Notes under the pieces: model-generated
What the model was told of the DNA's origin: nothing
The model's input: the letters and a program-made list of their open reading frames with translations, nothing else
Databases searched by the model: none
Translations under genes and position numbers: made by a program
Assembly: GCA_964554495.1 (NCBI GenBank)
Contig: CAZKOY010000012.1
Coordinates: 1,665 to 65,664 of the forward strand
Length of the DNA stretch: 64,000 nt
Reading direction: 5' to 3'
Origin: an uncultured Myxococcales bacterium
GTDB lineage: Bacteria > Myxococcota_A > Polyangia > Palsa-1104 > JAEUJZ01
In this document: positions 1-8,994 of the stretch, piece by piece
Numbering within the stretch: position 1 is the stretch's first letter
Layout of the letters: each line of letters begins with the position of its first letter

Positions 1-404
1 TGATCAGGCCCCTCTGGTTCTTCGCTGGACACGCGCTTTAGAAACGCACGTCGTCGCGTATTGGCCCGAATGTGATTGCGCGCCACATTGGCTGCGATAC
101 CAAACAGCCAGGTCTGCACAGACGACTGCTGACGAAAGGATGCCGCTGCTCGCAGCGCTTCCAAAAACGTTGTCTGGACAAGGTCGTCTACCTCGGCGCT
201 GGCGCCCCCCAGATAGCGCTGCAAGAAGCGCGCGATCTTCGGCTGAAACCGATCGAACAACAGCCCAAGTGCGGCGTGATCTCCGGCTGCGCAGGCCAGC
301 AGCAAAGACGCATCTGCTAGCTGATCCGAATCGGGCGGTGTGTTCTCTGACCACCGCTTGCCAATCGCCAGCGCGAAGACGAGAACCAAGAACAGACCCC
401 ACAT
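1..404 (-). CDS. ECF-type RNA polymerase sigma-70 factor (N-terminal part; runs off left edge)
   Basis: Not in the ORF track. Manual translation from ATG 404 (3 nt after the stop of 408..1421): MWGLFLVLVFALAIGKRWSENTPPDSDQLADASLLLACAAGDHAALGLLFDRFQPKIARFLQRYLGGASAEVDDLVQTTFLEALRAAASFRQQSSVQTWLFGIAANVARNHIR. The GDxxA..LFDRF, DDLVQxTFL and TWLFGIAxN pattern is sigma region 2. Confidence 0.9.
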   Translation of the reverse strand, partial: MWGLFLVLVFALAIGKRWSENTPPDSDQLADASLLLACAAGDHAALGLLFDRFQPKIARFLQRYLGGASAEVDDLVQTTFLEALRAAASFRQQSSVQTWLFGIAANVARNHIRANTRRRAFLKRVSSEEPEGPD

Positions 405-407
405 TGC

Positions 408-1421
408 TTAGGGTCCCATCCAGCTCAGGCCGACACTCCCTCGCAGGGAACCCCAGGCATTCTCGGGTACGGCGATCAGTCTGGGATCGTCAGAGCCTCG
501 GCCCTGGTGCCGGTCCGGTGGTTGATAGAGCACGTGAGCGCCGCTTTTGGGTGGCAGGTTCACGCCAAGCAGCAGCGAAAGATCGAGCCCAAGGCCACGG
601 CCCAGCAGGACGGACAAAATCAGTCCTGCTTCGCCGCGAAAGCTGCCATCGACCGTGCGTCCAGACAGGGGCGACTGCAACTGCGCACGCATCAGCCCAA
701 GCCCGGCGGCAAGCACCGGCTGCAAGGTCACGCGCCGCAGCGAAATCGGAAAGCCAAGGCTAGCGAGTAGATCGGCCGACAGCAGCGCAAAGCGCTCTTC
801 GGTGGGCCCGACCGCATCGGAGGCTGCTCCTGCAACGCGCACCACAAGCCCTGGGCATGCTGGGCCAGCCTGGATACAGCCCCTGAGCACTGCGCCCAGC
901 CACGCGGCGCCATGCGTATCCAAAGCGACGTCGAAGGCCATGCTGAGCCGTAGCTGAAGCTTGGTCTTCGCTGCGCTCGGCGGACGTAGGTACAGCGTCC
1001 TTGTCTGCAGAAGCGGAGCGCTGAGGTCATGTCGAGCCCACGACTCGATCAGCGCGGCAGCAGCCTCGACACCAGAGACTTGGCGCGGGCTGCCTAGCTC
1101 GCTCGATGGCGGCGTTACCTGAAGCGACGTTCCAGCACGCTCCACGTAAACGATCGATGTCGTGCAACCGGGCTCTGCTGCTGATCGCACACCGCGCGCG
1201 GACAGGGCTCGCGAGACAGCGCTGGCAAGCCTGGCTTCGCCCTCGACGCGTGCCGCTGGACCGCAGCCGGTTGCAGCATCCTCGGTCATCGGATGCGAAA
1301 GAAGCAGAGCCAAGCTCAACGGAACCATCAGCACGGGCTTGCTAGATACCACGGTGATCGCGCAGGTGATGCGACCATTTCGATGCGCGATGTCGACGTT
1401 CGCGGCACGAACCACGGGCAC
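408..1421 (-). CDS. Hypothetical exported protein upstream of the ECF sigma factor
   Basis: 337-aa ORF. Hydrophobic signal-like segment MVPLSLALLLS suggests the true start is ~90 nt inside. The C-terminal half has alternating, beta-strand-like sequence. Directly coupled to the sigma gene. Confidence 0.6.
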   Translation of the reverse strand: MPVVRAANVDIAHRNGRITCAITVVSSKPVLMVPLSLALLLSHPMTEDAATGCGPAARVEGEARLASAVSRALSARGVRSAAEPGCTTSIVYVERAGTSLQVTPPSSELGSPRQVSGVEAAAALIESWARHDLSAPLLQTRTLYLRPPSAAKTKLQLRLSMAFDVALDTHGAAWLGAVLRGCIQAGPACPGLVVRVAGAASDAVGPTEERFALLSADLLASLGFPISLRRVTLQPVLAAGLGLMRAQLQSPLSGRTVDGSFRGEAGLILSVLLGRGLGLDLSLLLGVNLPPKSGAHVLYQPPDRHQGRGSDDPRLIAVPENAWGSLRGSVGLSWMGP

Positions 1422-1508
1422 GGCACAGCCCAGAGCAGCCTAGAACTTCTGTCCGATCTGCCGTCGAGCGTGAGCGCTGGGATGCGAAGCGCATCACTTG
1501 TGCGGTCG

Positions 1509-2378
1509 TCATGGCAGCACGATGCGACCTGGCGCGCCGTTTATGCCGTTCTGTGTGTGACAGCCGTTGCAGTCGCCGTCTTGCTGCGGTGTCGCCATGG
1601 CTCGCACGCGTCCCTGATGCAGGACTCGCGCGCGGTACGGCTTGGCCAGCACGCTGCTGCCTTCCAGGAAGAAATTTCCCACGCTATTCACCGGCAGCCG
1701 ACGCACGACGCCGTCGGACCCCGTTAGCTCGACGATGGCGCCGGCAACGACAGCGCTCGGTGCATTGCACAGATCGGGCTCATGCGCGGTGGGATAGACC
1801 GTGCCGGCCGCTAAGAAGCGCGGGGCTTCGCGATCCGTTTGGTGACAGGCGATGCAGGCTTTGCCTGGGTTCATCTTGGGCGACTCGCGATTGCCACGAT
1901 TCCACGAAGTGCCCGATGTGCAGATCGGCGGCGAGGCAAACGGATCGTCCATCTTGATATCGCAGCGCGTCATGGGCAGTCCGCTTGTGACCCAGGCAGA
2001 AAACATGGCGATCTCGGTAGCCGAGACCGCTGGAGCTGGCTTCGGTGGCATGGGACGCGTCGCATCTTGCATGCGTGCCAACGATCGCGCGGCCCAGGTC
2101 CCGCCTTGCGGCGCCGCCTTGCTGAGATCGGCGTACGTCACAAGTGACACAGGCGCCCCTCCCGCCGGGGTCACGCCATGGCAAGTCGTGCAGTTCTTTT
2201 GAAGAAGCGCTGTTACCTCGCACGGCAGGCCTGCGGCACTGCCCGGCCCCGCGTCGCTGGACGCGCTGCCACCATCCGCGCGATTGGGATCGCTGTCATC
2301 GATCAGCTGGCCGCTGCCACAGCCCAGCAGCATGGAGAGAACCAGCAGCGCGATCCGCGTCGTGTTCCTGTTTTTCAT
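1509..2378 (-). CDS. Tri-heme c-type cytochrome lipoprotein
   Basis: ATG 2378 with GAGG RBS; lipobox LLGC; three CXXCH motifs (CTTCH, CIACH, CNGCH). Confidence 0.85.
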   Translation of the reverse strand: MKNRNTTRIALLVLSMLLGCGSGQLIDDSDPNRADGGSASSDAGPGSAAGLPCEVTALLQKNCTTCHGVTPAGGAPVSLVTYADLSKAAPQGGTWAARSLARMQDATRPMPPKPAPAVSATEIAMFSAWVTSGLPMTRCDIKMDDPFASPPICTSGTSWNRGNRESPKMNPGKACIACHQTDREAPRFLAAGTVYPTAHEPDLCNAPSAVVAGAIVELTGSDGVVRRLPVNSVGNFFLEGSSVLAKPYRARVLHQGRVRAMATPQQDGDCNGCHTQNGINGAPGRIVLP

Positions 2379-2481
2379 GATTGACCTCGCCTCGTTGTGT
2401 CCAGCCCTTGGGCCCAAAAGAGGAATGACGGAATGACCGGTCGTAAGTAGCCGCAGCGCGCCAACCCTTCACCGCCATGCG

Positions 2482-2499
2482 TTTTTTTCTTTTTTTTTT
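2482..2499. repeat. T7-C-T10 homopolymer tract in a divergent intergenic region
   Basis: gtttttttcttttttttttg read directly between the divergent starts at 2378 and 2535. Confidence 0.8.
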
Positions 2500-2534
2500 G
2501 AAGGCTCGCGGGCGAGCGGCCACTCACCCAGCAA

Positions 2535-3203
2535 ATGAGCAAGACGCTTCTCGTTCGACTTTTCAGCGGCCTTTTGAGTTGCCTGCTGCTTGTGCAAGCC
2601 CACGCTCACGCGGCGCCGACTGCTTCCTCATCCGCCGCATCGACATCGGCTGCCTCGCCGGCACAGGCCCCTGATCTGTCGTTCGATCTGTTGGACGACG
2701 CGTCTAAGCCAAGCTCGCCCGCGCAGGCGCAGCAGGAAGCTCAGCGCATCCTCGATATTGAGCGCCAAGTCCGCCTTCGCCGCAGCATGCTGGGGGCGCA
2801 TCAGATCGTCGGCATTGCCAGCCTCGTGGCGCTTGCTGCGACGGTGGTGATCGGTCACCTGAACTATGTCGACAAATACACAAGCGGCGACATCAGCCTG
2901 CGCTATGCCAAGGCCCACCTGGGACTGGGCATTGCGACCACTGGGCTGTTCGCCACAACGGGGGGACTGGCGCTGTTTGCTCCAACGCCGTACCCCAAGA
3001 AGCGGAAGTTCGACACGGCCCTAGTGCATAAGGCGGCGATGGCGCTCGCGACGGCGGGCATGGTGACACAGATCCTCTTGGGTCCCATCACCGCCAGCCG
3101 CGATGGGCATCGTGATCAAGCCGACTTGGCCTTGGGCCATGTCATCACCGGCTACGCCACGTTCGCCTTCATGACGACGGGCGTAGTCACCTACCTGTTC
3201 TAG
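2535..3203 (+). CDS. Four-helix membrane protein, cytochrome b561-like (putative di-heme b)
   Basis: Signal peptide (AHA), Ala/Ser/Pro linker, then four hydrophobic helices each starting with a His (GAHQIVG, KAHLGLG, LVHKAAM, LGHVITG). Adjacent to YceI, as in yceJ-yceI. Confidence 0.6.
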   Translation: MSKTLLVRLFSGLLSCLLLVQAHAHAAPTASSSAASTSAASPAQAPDLSFDLLDDASKPSSPAQAQQEAQRILDIERQVRLRRSMLGAHQIVGIASLVALAATVVIGHLNYVDKYTSGDISLRYAKAHLGLGIATTGLFATTGGLALFAPTPYPKKRKFDTALVHKAAMALATAGMVTQILLGPITASRDGHRDQADLALGHVITGYATFAFMTTGVVTYLF

Positions 3204-3220
3204 CTCGAAAGGAATCCACC

Positions 3221-3787
3221 ATGCGCGCACTCACGTCCTTTGCCTTGTTGCTTGCCTTGGCCAGTCCGCTTCGCGCTGAGCCCGCTGCCACTGCACTGTC
3301 GGTTGATAGTGGCGCGAGCAAGCTCGTCTATCAGATCGTTCACAAGCTGCACAAAGTATCGGGCACATCGATCAAAGTGGAAGGCAAAGGGCGCATCATG
3401 CCCGACGGAAAAGCCCAGGTCATGGTGCGCGTGCCCGTTGAAAGCTTCGACTCGGGCAATGCCAACCGCGATGCGCACATGAAAGAAACCGTGGAAGCAG
3501 CGCGCTATCCCACGGTTGAGCTCAAGGCCGCTGCCGATGCCATCGCGCTGCCCACGAGCTTTCCCAGCACAGTCGACAAGACCTTTCAAGCCGAGCTGAG
3601 TTTTCACGGTGTAAAGAAAACGCTGTCGCTGCCAGTGCGTCTGATCTTCGAGTCTAGCGACCGCGTCCACGTCACCAGTCGCTTTGCGGTAAGCCTGGAT
3701 GAATTCAAGATCGAGCGCCCCAGCCTGATGTTCGTCAAAGTCGATGACGCGGCGCAGATCGACGTCGACATGATCCTTAAGAAGTAA
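3221..3787 (+). CDS. yceI: YceI family periplasmic lipid/polyisoprenoid-binding protein
   Basis: Signal peptide; H..V.G, SFDSGNANRDAHM, YP...F, LSFHGVKK and F.V.L.EF.I motifs of YceI. Confidence 0.9.
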   Translation: MRALTSFALLLALASPLRAEPAATALSVDSGASKLVYQIVHKLHKVSGTSIKVEGKGRIMPDGKAQVMVRVPVESFDSGNANRDAHMKETVEAARYPTVELKAAADAIALPTSFPSTVDKTFQAELSFHGVKKTLSLPVRLIFESSDRVHVTSRFAVSLDEFKIERPSLMFVKVDDAAQIDVDMILKK

Positions 3788-3801
3788 GACGGGAGCATTC
3801 G

Positions 3802-4299
3802 ATGCGCTGCATCCGATCCCTTCTGCTGTCATCTGGGATGGCTCTGTTTTCGTGTGGTGAAGTCGATCTGAACGCTGTGCCCAGCGCCAAGGCGCTCTGC
3901 GAATCGTCGACAGAAGATCTGCGTCAACCTAGCGCTCGCATGCTGCCTGGCCGTCGCTGCCTGAGCTGCCATGCACCCGGTGGGCAAGCGTCTCGACTTC
4001 TGTGGACTTTAGGCGGCACCGTGTATTCAAGCCCTAGCTCGGACTGCAACATCAATGGCGTTGATGGTGCGCTCGTCGAGCTACTCGACGCTAGCGGCAC
4101 GGTCGTGACAAGCCTGCTAACAAACCGCAGCGGCAACTTCTTCACCGCAGACTCGATTGGATCGCAACCACTGCGCGCCCGCGTACGCTTGCCAGGCAAG
4201 CCACCGCGCGAGATGCAGCAGCTTCAGCTTCCTCCCATCGATTGCGCCGCGTGCCACTATCCCGGCGGCCCAGCAGGTGGTCGCATCTACATCGACTAG
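3802..4299 (+). CDS. Di-heme c-type cytochrome lipoprotein (paralog of the C-terminal module of 1509..2378)
   Basis: Lipobox LFSC; CLSCH and CAACH; shares GTVY, GA.VEL, N..GNFF, RARV and GRI motifs with 1509..2378. Confidence 0.85.
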   Translation: MRCIRSLLLSSGMALFSCGEVDLNAVPSAKALCESSTEDLRQPSARMLPGRRCLSCHAPGGQASRLLWTLGGTVYSSPSSDCNINGVDGALVELLDASGTVVTSLLTNRSGNFFTADSIGSQPLRARVRLPGKPPREMQQLQLPPIDCAACHYPGGPAGGRIYID

Positions 4300-4416
4300 C
4301 CGACGCTCTCGCTGGTGCGGCGTTCTGCCGTGCGTTGCGTACAAGACAAACGAGCGCGCGATTGGCCAGAACAGCATCGCGATGAGCGCATCATTGGGCG
4401 TGATAGAAAGAGGCCC

Positions 4417-5109
4417 GTGAAGATTCTGGTCGTAGAAGATGAAGAGTCCATGGCCCGTTTGCTGCGTCGTGGACTGCAGGAAGAAGGGCACAAGGTCGAT
4501 CACTGTGCGACGGCGGATTCGGCGGCGCAGCAGGCGTTGGATATCTCATACGACGTAATCCTGCTGGACTGGATGCTGCCGGATCAGGATGGCCTTGCGT
4601 TGCTGCGTAGCTGGCGACAGCGAGGCCTGCGTACGCCCGTCCTGATGCTGACCGCGCGCGGCACGACCGGCGAAAAAGTCACGGGCCTGCGCGCTGGGGC
4701 GGACGACTATCTGGCCAAGCCGTTTGACTTTGACGAGCTTTTGGCTCGCTTGGAAGCGCTGCATCGTCGCGGTGGCTCGCATGAGCCGCTGACGCACCTT
4801 GGCACGCTGAGCCTGGATGCCAGGCGGCGAGTGCTCACCGGACCGGCCGGCGAGCGGCCACTTACCGCGCGCGAGTTCGAGCTGATGTCCGAGCTGATCG
4901 GCCACCGCAGCGAGGTACTCACGCGCTCGCGCCTGTTGAACACAATCTGGGGGACGGACTTTGAAGGCACGCCGAATGTCGTCGACGTGTATGTCGGCTA
5001 TCTGCGCGCCAAGATCGATCAGCTTGGCGGCAGCGGCGTGCAGATTCAGACCGTACGCGGCATCGGCTATCGCTTGCTTCTTGAGCGTGAACAAGAGACG
5101 CAGCGATGA
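4417..5109 (+). CDS. OmpR/PhoB family response regulator
   Basis: GTG 4417 after GAAAGAGG; KILVVEDE, ILLDWMLP, LTAR, GADDYLAKPF; winged helix with NVVDVYVGYLRAKI and TVRGIGY. Confidence 0.95.
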   Translation: MKILVVEDEESMARLLRRGLQEEGHKVDHCATADSAAQQALDISYDVILLDWMLPDQDGLALLRSWRQRGLRTPVLMLTARGTTGEKVTGLRAGADDYLAKPFDFDELLARLEALHRRGGSHEPLTHLGTLSLDARRRVLTGPAGERPLTAREFELMSELIGHRSEVLTRSRLLNTIWGTDFEGTPNVVDVYVGYLRAKIDQLGGSGVQIQTVRGIGYRLLLEREQETQR

Positions 5110-6548
5110 GGCTTGCGACTCGCATGTGGCTGCTCGGCGCGGTGGTGCCGGTGCTCGGCGTATTTTTCGGCGTCAGCGTAGCTGGGCGGTGGTTTCGTCA
5201 TCATCTAGAGGCGGCCGTCGATCGCGCGCTGCTGGCACAGGCAGCAGTCGAGAGCGTCAGCTTGTTCGATGGCCCAGGTGGGCGGGTACATCTGCACATG
5301 GCGACCTCTCCACTGATCGAGAGCGTGCGCCTGTTTGCTCCCACGGGTGATCTGTTTGGGCCTGATGGCCACCTTGTGATGAGCTATCCACCACATGCGC
5401 AGAAATCGGATGCCAAGGCCGAGCTGCTGCTGCCAGGGGGATCGGGGCAGCCGCCACGCTTGACGACGCGACTGGGGGCTGATGGGGAACGCTTTCGCGA
5501 GCTGATCGTGACGGTTGCAGCGCCGCGCGGCGGCCTGTACACGCTGCGGCTGGCTGCATCGCTGGCTCAGCTCGACGGATCGGCACAGGCGTTCTATCGC
5601 ACGACGCTTAGCCTGGCGCTGCTATTTGGTGTGCTGCTTTTCGTGCTGCAAGCGATTCAGGCCCGCCGCCTGCGAGCCCGGCTTGCCTTGCTGAGCGCAC
5701 ACATCGCTGCGCTGCGTGAAGGGCACCTCGATCGGGATCTGGCCAGCGATACTCAAACAGATGAGATTGGCGAGCTATACCGCGTGCTGCGTGAAACCAC
5801 CGCCAAGCTGCGCGGGGCACGACAAGGGCAAGAACGCTTGCTCGCGGATGCCGCGCATGAGCTACGTACGCCGCTGGGCTTGATGCGAACCCACCTGGAT
5901 TTGGCGCTGCGCCGTCCCCGGCCGCCTGAAGAGCTGCGCGCAACGATGGAGGAGGTGCGAAGGGAAGTCGTACGCTTGGGAATGCTGTGCCAGCAGCTTC
6001 TTGACCGCTTCGCGCTGGGACAAGTCGACTGGGATCCTGTGCCTGTGCATCTGGGCGCGCTCGCCAATGAAGCGGCGCAGGCGGCACGCGCGGAAGCAGA
6101 GTCGCGCGGTGTGCTGATCGAGATCTGCGGCATGGAGGAAACGCAAGTAAACGGCCACGCTCCGGCCTTGCGACAGGCGCTGGACAACTTGCTCAGCAAC
6201 GCACTGCGCTACGCCCCACGCGGCAGCAGCATCCGCGTTGAAATCGCAGCATCCGACGAGCTGGCTCGCATCACGGTGGCGGATGCCGGGCCTGGTGTCG
6301 CTCCAGCGCTTCGGGCTAACTTGTTTGCTCCGTTTCGTCGCGAGCGACGAGATTCTGCAACGTGCCGTACGCCACAACCTGCCGCATCGCAAGCTGAAGT
6401 GACTGCAGATCACCGCGATAGCTATGGTCTGGGTCTGCACATCACGCACGAGATCGTGGTCCGGCACGGGGGGCGAATCTATCTGGACGAAGCGGCCTCT
6501 GGGGCGCGCTTTGTGATCGAGCTACCGACGAACGGATCGACACGCTGA
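5106..6548 (+). CDS. Membrane sensor histidine kinase (2 TM, HAMP, HisKA, HATPase)
   Basis: 4-nt overlap with the regulator; H-box AAHELRTPL, N-box NLLSNALRY, DAGPG, GLGL. Confidence 0.95.
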   Translation: MRLATRMWLLGAVVPVLGVFFGVSVAGRWFRHHLEAAVDRALLAQAAVESVSLFDGPGGRVHLHMATSPLIESVRLFAPTGDLFGPDGHLVMSYPPHAQKSDAKAELLLPGGSGQPPRLTTRLGADGERFRELIVTVAAPRGGLYTLRLAASLAQLDGSAQAFYRTTLSLALLFGVLLFVLQAIQARRLRARLALLSAHIAALREGHLDRDLASDTQTDEIGELYRVLRETTAKLRGARQGQERLLADAAHELRTPLGLMRTHLDLALRRPRPPEELRATMEEVRREVVRLGMLCQQLLDRFALGQVDWDPVPVHLGALANEAAQAARAEAESRGVLIEICGMEETQVNGHAPALRQALDNLLSNALRYAPRGSSIRVEIAASDELARITVADAGPGVAPALRANLFAPFRRERRDSATCRTPQPAASQAEVTADHRDSYGLGLHITHEIVVRHGGRIYLDEAASGARFVIELPTNGSTR

Positions 6549-6604
6549 GAGATTTCTTAGACGTCCCTCATGCAGATCTGCAGCCCTTGCCGTAGCGATG
6601 AGGC

Positions 6605-7864
6605 ATGCAGCACACCGCATGGCTTGGGACGCTGACGATCACGCTGAGCTTGGCGCTTGGCGCTTCCGCACAGCCGCAGGCGGCGACGCTCGATTTCGCC
6701 GAGGCGATGGCTCGCAGCCGCGAGGCGCCCGCAGTTCGTGAAGTTGCGGGGGCGCTGACGGCGAAGCGAGCCGCGGATCGTCGCTTGGCTGCGCTTTCGC
6801 ATAACCCGCAGATCACCATCGACGCCGGCTATCGCAACGATACGGGAGGGCAAGGCGCGGTGCTTCAGGTTGCAGTGCAGCAAGGCATCAACCTGGCTGG
6901 ATACATCGCCGCCCGCCGTCGCAGCGTCGAGCATGAAGAGGCAGCGCTGGCTCTTGAGCTGAGGGCGACACTCTTGCGTCAGCACCTGGGAGCCGCCCGG
7001 CTGTGGACCGATCTGTGGGGAACCGCGCAGGCTCTGGAGCGGACGCGGGAGGAAGCAGAGCTAGCCAAGCAGTCGCTAAGCCGAACCGAGCGCCTTTACC
7101 AGATCGGAGCCGCCACGCAGGTCGATGTCAGCTCGGCTCGCGCGTACCTGGCCGAAGTCGAAGTACGCCGCATCGGGATGGAAGGTGAAGCGGTGGAGCA
7201 AGGGCTGACGCTGGGACGCTTCCTTGGGCTGGCCGATGCGGTGCAGATCAAAGGCGCACCTGTCCTGGCTCGCTTGCCTGCGCTTTCAGAGACGCTGCAA
7301 GCGGAATCTTTGCGTCGCTGTTCATCGCTGCCAGAGCCGGCACTGCGCCGCAACGCCGAGCAGGTCGAGCGCGCTCGTGCCGACGAGACGGCAGCCCAGC
7401 GAGGTACGCAGCTTTGGATCGGAGCCACGGGGCTGCACGAACCCACCGCACCATGGGCTGCCTTCGGCTCGTTGAGCGTGAGCCTGCCCATGTTTGAGCG
7501 CGGTCAGCGCGAGCGAGCCGACCTGCTGGCTTCGGCCGCACGGCTGCGCGTCACGGCTCAAGCGGCAGAGAGTAGTGCGCAGATCGAGCTGCGAGCACTG
7601 TTTCATGAGGTCGAACACTTCAGCGAGCTAAGCAAGCTCATTGACGACACGCTGGTTCCCTCCAGCGCACGCGAAGTGGCCCAGCGCGAGCGTCTACTCG
7701 CGGTCGGTGATGGCACGGTTCTGGAAGTCCTATTGGCTCGCCGCGGATTGATCACGGCGCAGATTCAGGCCGCGCGGTGTCGCGCAAGCTTGCTGGGCAG
7801 CCGCTACCGCTTGTCGCTGTACCTATCTTCCCTTGGCTTGATCCACGAGGAGGAATCGCCATGA
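6605..7864 (+). CDS. czcC: TolC/CzcC family outer-membrane efflux protein
   Basis: Signal peptide; helical OEP repeats (LSVSLPMFERGQRE, G..T.LEVL.ARR); first gene of a CBA operon. Confidence 0.8.
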   Translation: MQHTAWLGTLTITLSLALGASAQPQAATLDFAEAMARSREAPAVREVAGALTAKRAADRRLAALSHNPQITIDAGYRNDTGGQGAVLQVAVQQGINLAGYIAARRRSVEHEEAALALELRATLLRQHLGAARLWTDLWGTAQALERTREEAELAKQSLSRTERLYQIGAATQVDVSSARAYLAEVEVRRIGMEGEAVEQGLTLGRFLGLADAVQIKGAPVLARLPALSETLQAESLRRCSSLPEPALRRNAEQVERARADETAAQRGTQLWIGATGLHEPTAPWAAFGSLSVSLPMFERGQRERADLLASAARLRVTAQAAESSAQIELRALFHEVEHFSELSKLIDDTLVPSSAREVAQRERLLAVGDGTVLEVLLARRGLITAQIQAARCRASLLGSRYRLSLYLSSLGLIHEEESP

Positions 7865-8994
7865 TCCGCTGGTTGCATGTGCTGATTGGATCGACTGTGG
7901 GCCTGGCATGTGGCTGCGCAGACAAGCCACCCACCACATTGCCAGTCGTGGCATCGCAGGTTTCCAGTGCCAGCGATCCGCCACCGATCGCAGATGCAGC
8001 GGATGGACCGTCAAGTGCGTGGGCTCCGCTGCGGGCGGCGCACGGGGCAGAGCTTTTAGATGTGCCGGCCCAGGTGCTGGGATCAGCAGCGCATCGCGCT
8101 ACAGTAATGCCGGCGTTTCGCGCACAGGTGCTGCAAGTACTCGTCGAGCCAGGGCAGAGCGTGGTGAGTGGGACCCCGCTTGTCGTTGTGCGCATGCCCG
8201 AGGTCGTGCGCGCGGCTGGGGCCTATGTCGCCGCTGGCCTGCGCTGGGCCGCATACAACCAGCGCCGCGAACAACTTCAGACTCTGCGCGGCGAAGGCTT
8301 GGCTCGTCTGTCTGATCTGGCCGAGGTCGCGGCATCGCTTTCCGAGGCCAGCGCTGCGCAGCGAGAAGCACTGTCGGTTCTGCAAGGCGCCGGCTTGTCC
8401 CCAGCCGATGCCGGCCCGCTCTCAGAAGGGGGCGGCAAAGTGACTCTGCGCAGCCCAATCGCTGGGGTGGTGACCCAGATCAGCGCCAGCATTGGCCAGA
8501 TGGCAGAGCCCAGCGGCTCGCCGCTTCTACACATCGTGGGTGAGGGTGACACGCGCATCGAAGCACGCTTGCCGAGCTTGGATCCGGCTGCTCTGCGATA
8601 CGAGCTTGTGACCGGACCGAGAAGCGTGCCGCTGACCCTTCTGCAGCGGGCGCCTGCGCTGGATCCGCGTGATGGTACGGCGCTGTGTTGGTTCTTGCCG
8701 CCGAGCGGAGCCGGGCTCTTGCCGGGTCAGACCGGGCGCCTACGCGTACGCGCTGCCGAAGCCACAGACAAGCCAATCCCGCTATGGCTAGTTCCGACGC
8801 GGGCGCTGGGTCTGGGCAGGGAACAGATCCATGTTCTGCGCCTGCGCAACGGCCGAACGCAGACCGTTCCGATCGTCGTCGTGGCCAGCACAGCGGGTCA
8901 TGCCCTTGTGCAAGCCGAGAAGGCTTCTGATCTGGCCACTGCCGACCGCGTTGCGGTGGCGACGCAGCTTGTACGCGGAGAGAAGGCGCCATGA
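7861..8994 (+). CDS. czcB: RND periplasmic adaptor (CzcB-like membrane fusion protein)
   Basis: ATG 7861 overlaps the czcC stop; lipoyl-like half motifs VLVEPGQSVVSGTPL and LRSPIAGVV; lies between OMF and RND genes. Confidence 0.8.
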   Translation: MIRWLHVLIGSTVGLACGCADKPPTTLPVVASQVSSASDPPPIADAADGPSSAWAPLRAAHGAELLDVPAQVLGSAAHRATVMPAFRAQVLQVLVEPGQSVVSGTPLVVVRMPEVVRAAGAYVAAGLRWAAYNQRREQLQTLRGEGLARLSDLAEVAASLSEASAAQREALSVLQGAGLSPADAGPLSEGGGKVTLRSPIAGVVTQISASIGQMAEPSGSPLLHIVGEGDTRIEARLPSLDPAALRYELVTGPRSVPLTLLQRAPALDPRDGTALCWFLPPSGAGLLPGQTGRLRVRAAEATDKPIPLWLVPTRALGLGREQIHVLRLRNGRTQTVPIVVVASTAGHALVQAEKASDLATADRVAVATQLVRGEKAP

